A DNA stretch of 56,270 nt from Candidatus Eiseniibacteriota bacterium (GTDB lineage: Bacteria; Orphanbacterota; Orphanbacteria; Orphanbacterales; Orphanbacteraceae). The stretch covers positions 1 to 56,270 of the forward strand of contig JBDROZ010000097.1 of the NCBI GenBank assembly GCA_043809585.1. Direction: 5' to 3'. A program made the position numbers and the translations under genes. Below, piece after piece: positions 1-7,037 of the stretch (position 1 is its first letter; the number at the start of each line of letters is the position of its first letter). The notes beneath the pieces were generated by a model. The model saw only the letters and a list, made by a program, of their open reading frames with translations, did no database searches and was not told the origin of the DNA.

Positions 1-2
1 GG

Positions 3-1502
3 GAGACGAAACCCGTCGGCATCTGGATCCGTGTCTCGACGGAGGACCAGGCTAGGGGCGAGAGCCCCGAGCACCACGAGCATCGGGCTCGCTCGTATGC
101 CGAGGCGAAGGGGTGGCACGTCCGCGAGGTGTACCACCTGGAGGCGGTCTCCGGAAAGAGCGTCATGGGGCACCCAGAGACCGAGCGGATGCTCGAGCAC
201 GTCCGCGCGGGCCACATCTCCGGTCTCATCTTCTCGAAGCTCGCAAGGCTCGCCAGGAACACCCGGGAACTGCTCGAGTTCTCCGACATTTTCCGCGAGC
301 ACGACGCCGACCTCATTTCGCTCCACGAGTCGATCGACACGACGACTCCCGCGGGACGCCTCCTCTACCGCATGATAGCCTCGCTCGCCGAGTGGGAGCG
401 GGAGGAGATCTCCGAGCGGGTGGCCGCGTCGGTGCCGATCCGCGCACAGCTCGGGAAGCCGATCGGAGGCGCCGCCCCCTACGGCTACCAGTGGAAAGAT
501 CGGGAGCTCCTCCCGGATCCGAAGGAAGCACCCATCCGGAAGCTCATGTACGAGCTCTTCCTCGAACACAAGCGGAAGCGGACCGTTGCCCGGCTTCTCA
601 ACGAGCGGGGACATCGCACGCGGAGAGGAGCGAAGTTCTCCGGAACGACGGTCGATCGCCTCCTCCAGGATCCGACCGCGAAGGGGATCCGGCGAGCGAA
701 CTACACACGGTCCCTCGGAGATGGGAAGCAGTGGGTCCTGAAGCCCAAGGAGGACTGGGTCCTGATCCCCGTGGAGCCGATCGTCTCGACGGAGCTCTGG
801 GACCAGGTCAACGCGATCATCGAGGAGCAGCGCCGGAACGGCCGGCGCCCCGCGAAGAAGAGCCGTGATCTCTTCACCGGCTACGTCTACTGCTCCTGCC
901 GGCCGGGCCAGAAGATGTACGTCCCCTCGAACACCCCGAAATACGTCTGCTACGAGTGCCGAAATAAGATCCCGCGCGAGGACCTGGAAGCGGTCTTCGC
1001 CGAGCAGCTCAAGAGCTTCTTCCAGAGCCCGAAGGAGATCGCCAGCTACCTGGAGCAGGCCGACGAGGCGATCAAGGAGAAGGAGGCCCTCCTCGCCGGC
1101 TTGGAGAAGGAGCACGATCGCGTCCAGAAGGAGATGAAGAAGGTCTACCGCGCCTATATGGCAGACGAGATCTCCATGCAGAGCTTCGGGCGGGAGTACC
1201 GGCCTCTCGAAGCCCGTCTCGCCCAGATCGACGAGGAGCTCCCGCGCTTGCAGGGGGAGGTCGATTTCCTCAAGATCCAGTATCTCTCCCGCGATGAGGT
1301 CCTCACCGAGGCGAAGGACCTCTATGCCCGCTGGGCTGCCCTCGGCGAAGAGGAGAAGCGCCAAGTCATTGAGAATGTTGTCGAAAGGATCGTCGTCGGC
1401 AAGCGAGAGGTCGAGATCGACCTCTGCTACCTCCCCTCCCCCTCCCAAATGGTGACAGAAAGGCCACACAACCTCAGGGGTTCATGGCGGCGGAGGGAGT
1501 GA
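3..1502 (+). CDS. Large serine recombinase (resolvase + recombinase + zinc ribbon + coiled coil), 5' end cut by the window edge
   Basis: The frame is open from position 3 and reads ETKPVGIWIRVSTEDQ (serine recombinase catalytic RVSTxxQ motif), then KLARLARN, TPAGRLL, APYGY and CSC...CYEC. The ORF-track start at 129 is internal. Confidence 0.95.
   Translation, partial: ETKPVGIWIRVSTEDQARGESPEHHEHRARSYAEAKGWHVREVYHLEAVSGKSVMGHPETERMLEHVRAGHISGLIFSKLARLARNTRELLEFSDIFREHDADLISLHESIDTTTPAGRLLYRMIASLAEWEREEISERVAASVPIRAQLGKPIGGAAPYGYQWKDRELLPDPKEAPIRKLMYELFLEHKRKRTVARLLNERGHRTRRGAKFSGTTVDRLLQDPTAKGIRRANYTRSLGDGKQWVLKPKEDWVLIPVEPIVSTELWDQVNAIIEEQRRNGRRPAKKSRDLFTGYVYCSCRPGQKMYVPSNTPKYVCYECRNKIPREDLEAVFAEQLKSFFQSPKEIASYLEQADEAIKEKEALLAGLEKEHDRVQKEMKKVYRAYMADEISMQSFGREYRPLEARLAQIDEELPRLQGEVDFLKIQYLSRDEVLTEAKDLYARWAALGEEEKRQVIENVVERIVVGKREVEIDLCYLPSPSQMVTERPHNLRGSWRRRE
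1455..1500. mobile_element. Probable attL/attR junction of an integrative element lying to the left; candidate core GGGGTTCATGGCGGCG (1477-1492)
   Basis: The recombinase C-terminus (NLRGSWRRRE) runs across this motif. Its reverse complement reads gcc gcc atg aac ccc (AAMNP), the conserved comM/YifB motif. Host-type genes follow immediately. Confidence 0.55.
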
Positions 1503-1540
1503 ACGGAGAGGAAACGCGGAGGGACCTTTCGATCCCCGCC

Positions 1541-3757
1541 CTACGAAAGCCCCCGCCTCTTCCGGAGCCACCACTCGGTGGAGAGGAGGGCGAGGACGAG
1601 GAGGAAGAGGACCCAGTGGTTCCAGATCTCCCGCTCGTCCAGGATGCGGCGGGAGCGGGAGGGGAGGGAGAGGTCGCCGTCCCATTCTCCCACGGAGTCG
1701 GCGGCGATGACGGCCCCGCCGGTGGCTCGGGCGAGGGAGCGGAGGAGGGGAAGATCGGTTTCGGTCTCGAGGAATTCGGCGCTGAAGTCGCCGACCGAGA
1801 ACTCCCCCCGGTCCTCGCCGATCGGCGCGCTCCCCCGGACCACGGACGCTTCGTAGGCGTAATCTCCGGGCGGGAAGGGGCCGACGGTCCGGCGGTAGGC
1901 CCCCGGCTCGGCGGGATTGGGCTCGAGGATGAACTTCTCCTCTTCCCCTTCGGGGCGCCGGAGGGTCACCTCGACCCGGGCGTCCGGGACCGGTGCGAGA
2001 GAGCCGTCCATGGCGAGCCCCCGGAAGGTGACCGTCTCCCCCCGGTTATACGTCATGTTCTCGGGCCGCACCGTCACGTTCTGGTAGCCGCCCCGCGAGA
2101 CGAGCCACCGCACCGCGTTCGACCAGAACCGCTCGTAGGTTTCGTTCGACTTGCCGACGCCCCACATGCGGAAGTCCCACCGCCACATTCCGGCGCCGTT
2201 CCCGAAAAGGACCCGGCCCTTCCCCGCCGCGGCGAGGGCGAGGATCGGGACATCTTCCCCGTCCGCGCGAAGTCTCGGGTGGACGGCGAGGACCTCGGCG
2301 GACGGTTTCGCCGGCCCGAGCCGGTGGGCCCCCGCGAGCGGGGGGAGCTCGGCCCACTCCCGTTCGCTCTCCTCCGGGTCCTGGTGGAGGCGGAGCATCG
2401 GGTGGCGGCGCCCCCGGTCGGTCAGCTTGATAGGGAAGGGGGCGGAGTCGAAGTCGGGACGGCGGCGCTCCATCCGGACCGGCGCGATCTCCGCGATCGA
2501 TTCCGGATAGGGGGAGGCCATGGGGTCCGTGGCGAGGAGAAAGAGCGCCCCCCCCCGGACGCGGACAAACTCGGCGAGGGTCGCGCCGAAGTCCCGCGAG
2601 AGCGCCGCCGGCTGCCCCATCACGATGACGAGGTCGTAGCGGAAGAGATCCTCCCGGTCGAAGGGGAACCCGCTCCCCCCCCCGGGGTCGCCCACATCTT
2701 CCGGCGATCCGTCCCTCCCCTGCACGAAGAAGCGGGCCTCCACGTTCGGGTCTCTCTCGAGGACGCGGCGGAGAAAGGCGAAGTCCCAGCCGGGGCGATC
2801 GGCGTAGACGAGAAGGCCGAGCTTCTCCTTCACCGCCTCTACGGTGAAGAGGATCCGGTTGTTCTCCTCCACGAGCTCCCCCTCGGCCACGGGCACCTCC
2901 ACCCGGTACCGCTTCACCCCCTCTTCATGGACGGGAAAGCCGAGCGTGAGGGTCCGCGTCTCCCGGCGCTCCTCGAAACGCACCCTCTCCTCGGCGACCA
3001 CCGCCTCGCCGTCGAGGACCCGGACCGTCGCCTCTTCGCCGGCGAAGCCCTTCGCCCGGACCGTCGCCTCCACGGCGACCCGGCTGTTCACATAGACCAG
3101 GCGGTTCGAGAGGACCTGCTCGAGGGCGATGTCCCGGGGGGGCGTCGGGTCCCCGACGGGCACCGCGTAGACCGCCGCGCCCAGCTCCCCCGCGGCCCGC
3201 ACCGGGTCCCGGCCGGCGGTGACGATGCCGTCCGAGAGGAGCACGAAGGCGTCGACCCCCCGCTCCCATTCCGCTTCCATCGTCTCCTCGAGGGCCCGGG
3301 CGATGTCGGTGGCGTCCCCCCCTTCCGCCCCCGCGGCGTCGACGAGGCCGCCCGCGAAGGAGTGGAGCGAGACGTCGTACCGCCGCTCGAGCGTCTCCAG
3401 AAGCCCCTCGTCCTCGCCCCCCAGGATCCGCTCCGCCGCCTCGATCCGCCGGACCGTCTTCCCCCCCGCCGCCGGGTTCCCGTCCTCGATGCCCATGCTC
3501 GACGAGCGGTCGACGAGGACCGCCACGCTCGGCCGGATGGTGAGGACCGACTCGAAAGTGACGAGAGGATCGAAGAGGACGAGAAGGATCACGCCGTACG
3601 CGCCGAAACGGAGGAGGCCGAGAAGGCGCCGGGCCCCAACCGGGACCGGGGGCATGGTCCGCCGGTACGCCCATGCCGCGGCGGCGGCCGCCAGGAGGAG
3701 AGCGACGGCGAAGAGGAGAAAGCTCCCCCGCTGCAGGGTGAAGGAGATCCCGCCCAC
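1541..3757 (-). CDS. Membrane-anchored VWA-domain protein with a class I glutamine amidotransferase-like domain
   Basis: Two N-terminal hydrophobic helices, MIDAS motif DRSSSM, LLSDG, 'WRW...YERFW...VRWL', and a C-terminal TM helix ending EWWLRKRRGL. Confidence 0.8.
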   Translation of the reverse strand: MGGISFTLQRGSFLLFAVALLLAAAAAAWAYRRTMPPVPVGARRLLGLLRFGAYGVILLVLFDPLVTFESVLTIRPSVAVLVDRSSSMGIEDGNPAAGGKTVRRIEAAERILGGEDEGLLETLERRYDVSLHSFAGGLVDAAGAEGGDATDIARALEETMEAEWERGVDAFVLLSDGIVTAGRDPVRAAGELGAAVYAVPVGDPTPPRDIALEQVLSNRLVYVNSRVAVEATVRAKGFAGEEATVRVLDGEAVVAEERVRFEERRETRTLTLGFPVHEEGVKRYRVEVPVAEGELVEENNRILFTVEAVKEKLGLLVYADRPGWDFAFLRRVLERDPNVEARFFVQGRDGSPEDVGDPGGGSGFPFDREDLFRYDLVIVMGQPAALSRDFGATLAEFVRVRGGALFLLATDPMASPYPESIAEIAPVRMERRRPDFDSAPFPIKLTDRGRRHPMLRLHQDPEESEREWAELPPLAGAHRLGPAKPSAEVLAVHPRLRADGEDVPILALAAAGKGRVLFGNGAGMWRWDFRMWGVGKSNETYERFWSNAVRWLVSRGGYQNVTVRPENMTYNRGETVTFRGLAMDGSLAPVPDARVEVTLRRPEGEEEKFILEPNPAEPGAYRRTVGPFPPGDYAYEASVVRGSAPIGEDRGEFSVGDFSAEFLETETDLPLLRSLARATGGAVIAADSVGEWDGDLSLPSRSRRILDEREIWNHWVLFLLVLALLSTEWWLRKRRGLS

Positions 3758-3761
3758 GGCG

Positions 3762-4511
3762 TTACGAGTCCTCGACCGGACGGGAAAAGGCCCGGTCCAC
3801 GAGAAGGGGAAGGATCTCCGCCGCCTTCCCCCGGAAGGAGAGGTCCGCGAGGGGCGTCAGGGGCGTCTCCTCCGGGTTCACCTCCACGAGGCGCGCCCCC
3901 CGGTCTTTCGCGATCAGGGGGAACGATGCGGCGGGGTAGACGATCGCCGACGTGCCGATCACGAGGAAGAGGTCCGCCGACGCCGATGCCCGGTGGGCCT
4001 TCGCGATCGCATTCTCCGGGAGCGTCTCGCCGAACCAGACGATGTCGGGGCGCATCGTGTGGCCTCCCGGGCAGGCGGGGATCGTCTCCTCCTCCGCGCC
4101 GGTCAGTTCCCGATTCGCCCCGCACACCGTGCAGCGGGCGCGGAAGATGTCGCCGTGCACCTCGACGAGGTTTCGCGACCCGGCCCGCCGGTGCAGGCCG
4201 TCCACGTTCTGCGTGATCAGGGTGAACCCCGGCGCCCGCTCTTCGATGCGGGCGAGGGCGGCGTGGGCGGCGTTCGGCGCCGCGGCGGCGCAGATCCCCT
4301 GGCGGTAGCGGTACCACTCCCAGACGAGGATCGGGTCCCTCGCGAACGCCGACGGCGTCGCGAGGTCCTCGGCCCGGTACGTCCGCCAGAGCCCCCCCTC
4401 CCCGCGGAAGGTGGGGATGCCGCTCTCGGCGGAGACGCCCGCCCCGGTTAGGGCGACAATGGACCCGGCGCCGGCGAGCCACCGCGCGGCGAGGTTTGCG
4501 TGGTCTTCCAA
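3762..4511 (-). CDS. cobB: NAD-dependent protein deacylase (sirtuin, class III)
   Basis: GAGVSAESGIPTFRG, YRYR (YxxR), TQNVDGLH, HG, RPDIVWFGE and GTS motifs. TTG start at 4511 lies 9 nt after GGAGGAG. Confidence 0.92.
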   Translation of the reverse strand: MEDHANLAARWLAGAGSIVALTGAGVSAESGIPTFRGEGGLWRTYRAEDLATPSAFARDPILVWEWYRYRQGICAAAAPNAAHAALARIEERAPGFTLITQNVDGLHRRAGSRNLVEVHGDIFRARCTVCGANRELTGAEEETIPACPGGHTMRPDIVWFGETLPENAIAKAHRASASADLFLVIGTSAIVYPAASFPLIAKDRGARLVEVNPEETPLTPLADLSFRGKAAEILPLLVDRAFSRPVEDS

Positions 4512-4570
4512 GGGAACGGACTCCTCCCCGGGGCACGGGGCGGGGAAAAGAGGGCCGGAAAAGGCCGCGA

Positions 4571-5950
4571 TCAGCTCTTCACCCGTGAGGCGGTGCAGGC
4601 CACCATCTTCACGGCCTTCGTGTAGTCGAAATCGGGGCTCCACTCCTCGGTGTGGCACCCGAGACAGATCTTCTCGTCCACCTTCGGGCGGGCGTCTCCT
4701 CGGACGTGCTCGGTGCCCATGCCGTGGCACGACTCGCACTGCACGTTCCAGAGGGCCGGCTCGAGGGAGGTCCTCGGGTGGCCGGTGCTCTTGCCGTATC
4801 CGACGGTGTGGCAGTTCCAGCACTCCGGGTTTTCCCACTCCTCGCTCTGGGCGACCGATTGAAACGCCTGCGCGTGTGGTGTGGTGGCCCAAAACGATTG
4901 AACGTCCGCGTGGCAGAGGGCGCACTTAACGCCCCCCATGTACTCCGCGGCGATCTCCTTCTGCTTCACCTCCCCGGCTTCGGCCTTGTCCGGGCTCCTT
5001 TCGTTCTTCTTCGGAATCCGGTTCCCGTTTTCGTCCAGATCGAGATAGGTCCAGGTGATCGCCTTGATGTGCTCGTCGAAAGGACCGCCGTCGAGCTTCA
5101 GTTCATAGGTATGGCCACTGAAGGTCTGGACCTGCTTCTTCTCGACCGTGAGCGTCAGTTCGCCGAGCCAATCGCTACGGGCGCCCGAGGCGGCGAGGAT
5201 GACGCCGTTCTCCTTGACCGGTTCGTCGAGCTTCTTGCCGCCGTAACCGACCAGGACCACGTCGTAGCCGGCGAGGTCGGCGGTCCACTCCTTGGCCTTG
5301 TCGAGACCGGCGTGGGCGATGATCACCGTCACGTCGACCTTCTTGCCGCGAAGGGCCTGCAGTATCTCGTGGGAGGACTCCAGGGGGTCGGCGAGATCGA
5401 TACCCTCCCGCTCCTTCAAGGTCCGGGGAACCACGGCGGCGCCGCCTATGGTCGCGGTGACGCCCACCTTGAGACGGCCGACCTGGACGATGCGGTACGG
5501 CTCGAACCGGTAGTCGCCCGTTTCGGTGTCCATGATATTGTTGGAGACGATGTGGAGGCCGCGCACCGAGATTTCCTGCTCCAGCTCGTCCAGACCCCAG
5601 CTGATCTCCTTCTCGCCGACGGTGAGCACGTCGTACTTCATGTACTGCAGCGCGTCGAGAGAGATCGGCGTGTCGTAACCGTACGGGGGGTTCTTCCGCG
5701 CCACGAAGTTGCCCGTGTCGATGAGGAGCACGGGGTTCTCGGCGCGCTTCGCGGTGACATCGGCGGCCCGCCGGGCCAGCCCTCCTTTATTCTTGGAGTG
5801 TCACCCGCACGGCTTCAATTCGCCGACGGTCTCGTTCGAGAAGACGATCGAAAACGTCTCGGGCCCCTTCGGGCCGAAGAGCCCGAAGAACGTGCACCCG
5901 CTCCCCATGAGAAGCAGGGCGCCGAGCCCCGCCAGGATCCGCTTTTTCAT
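4571..5950 (-). CDS. Selenocysteine-containing lipoprotein: UshA/5'-nucleotidase-like N-terminal domain fused to a tetraheme cytochrome c (459 aa, Sec at codon 50)
   Basis: ATG at 5950 with an upstream GGAGG. The N-terminus reads MKKRILAGLGALLLMGSGC (lipobox-like). An in-frame TGA at 5803-5801 lies within GELKPCG-U-HSKNKGGLARRA and the frame continues into the 4571-5731 ORF. Four CxxCH motifs: CALCH, CWNCH, CESCH, CLGCH. Confidence 0.88.
5763..5780 (-). promoter_or_regulatory. Candidate bacterial SECIS hairpin
   Basis: The minus strand reads GC-U-GGCCC[GGC]GGGCC-GC, a stem with a bulged U and a G-starting loop 28 nt after the UGA. Confidence 0.65.
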
Positions 5951-6014
5951 GGCCGCTTCCTACCTCCTTAACTTCCGCAGGACGGCTCTTGGGGGCAAAT
6001 GTTACAGATTCATG

Positions 6015-6043
6015 AAGTTAGCACAGCCGGGCCGGGCTGTCAA
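6015..6043 (-). promoter_or_regulatory. Sigma70-type promoter for the selenoprotein gene
   Basis: TTGACA-17 bp-TAACTT with an extended -10 TG on the minus strand. Confidence 0.65.
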
Positions 6044-6143
6044 GGAGCACGCCGATCCGCCGACCCCGGTCACACCCCGCCCCGGGAAGGGATGTTCCCG
6101 TGCAAGATGAGTGGGGAATGCGTGCAAGAGGGTTGCATGGGAG

Positions 6144-6199
6144 CCCGAAGTGCTATCTTCCTCGGACCCCTCCTCTGCACCTTGGAGCAGTGGTGCTCG
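6144..6199. repeat. Dispersed repeat family D; inverted copy at 33382-33438, partial direct copy at about 6354-6377
   Basis: gctatcttcctcggacccctcctctgcaccttggagcagtggtgctcg here versus the reverse complement of the 33.4-kb copy, gctatcctcctcggactcctcctccgcgccctggagcagttgtgctcg. Confidence 0.75.
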
Positions 6200-6422
6200 T
6201 GTGCAGTACCCGTCCGGAGGGGGACAGGGTCCGCTGAGGTCAAACTTGTGTCTTCCGAGCCGGAGGCTCGGGCGGAACCAGTCCCCCACTCATTCCAGAA
6301 TGGCTGAGCTCAGATGAGCAATGCACCGGCTCATTCCAAAGTTCTATTCTCCCCGGACTCCTCCTCTGCACCTTGGAATGGTGGGTGGGGTTGGGGAAGT
6401 TAATACCGCTCCGGCGGCGCGA

Positions 6423-6583
6423 GGGGACCGGCTTCGGGAGGGAGGGGGGCATCACCGGGGAGTTGTTGCCGTCTTCCTCAACGCCACCTCTACGAGCCCG
6501 GAGAATGGGAGGGTTCTCTCCCGCCGTGCGACGAGCGTCCCAGTCTGCCCCCACATCCCTCCCGGAGCCGATCCCCCGCCCCG
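6423..6583. repeat. Dispersed ~160-bp repeat family C, copy 1 (inverted relative to 6829-6994 and 56135-56270)
   Basis: Core cctctacgagcccggagaatgggagggttctctcccgc is the reverse complement of the cores at about 6887-6925 and 56198-56235. Confidence 0.85.
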
Positions 6584-6662
6584 CCTACGAGCGATGACAC
6601 GGCGTCGAGGGAGTTGCCCCATCTCTCGAGCGCGGCACGAATCGAACGCGCGACCGGGCTTG

Positions 6663-6689
6663 TCCGCCGAAGCCGCAGGCGAAGGCGGA
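6663..6689. repeat. REP-like palindrome TCCGCCGAAGCC-GCA-GGCGAAGGCGGA
   Basis: Imperfect hairpin with GAA/GAA internal mismatch, a typical extragenic palindrome form. Single copy in the window. Confidence 0.55.
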
Positions 6690-6722
6690 TGGGCGAACGC
6701 CATCCATTCCCCTTCCGGCGGC

Positions 6723-6769
6723 CCTTCGATACGGCTCTCGCTACGCTCGAGCCTACTCAGGACGAACGG
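6723..6769. repeat. REP-like family 'CCGTTCGTCCTGAGT...TATCGAAGG'; other copies 17693-17739, 18698-18744, 19716-19763, degenerate 56077-56109
   Basis: Conserved outer arms enclose a variable inner hairpin, with four different inner stems among five copies. Confidence 0.85.
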
Positions 6770-6828
6770 AATCATCAGATCCGGCTTCGGCAGTCCTTGC
6801 TGATCATTCCCTGCCACGGGCGGGTAGC

Positions 6829-6994
6829 CGGGGCGGGGAATCGGAGGAGGGATGGGGATGGGGCAGGCTAGGACGCTCGTCGTGCTGCGGGAGAATACCC
6901 TCCCATTCTCCGGGCGCGTAGAGGAGGCGTTGCGGAGGACAAGCACAGCTCCCCGGTCATGCCCCGCCCCTCCCGACTCCGATCCCCCGCCCCG
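6829..6994. repeat. Repeat family C, copy 2, preceded by a fragment of family B (6788-6838)
   Basis: Inverted match to 6423-6583 and direct match to 56135-56270. Confidence 0.85.
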
Positions 6995-7037
6995 GCGGCT
7001 TCCCCCAGGAGCGCGTGCGCGCCGCGCGTGCTCCCCC

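Noticed and set aside
1484-4216. 910-aa + strand ORF and similar long ORFs (26357-31033 -, 23259-26222 -, 53229-55628 +)
   Set aside because: These are antisense shadows of well-supported genes in high-GC DNA. They are Arg/Pro/Gly-rich with no recognisable motifs.
3762-4511. Sirtuin as an anti-phage SIR2 effector
   Set aside because: It has canonical CobB length and motifs in a housekeeping context.
5801-5803. TGA as a pseudogenising nonsense mutation
   Set aside because: It falls in a CxU context with a SECIS-like hairpin and intact frames on both sides. Selenocysteine is the better explanation, pending a check for sel genes.
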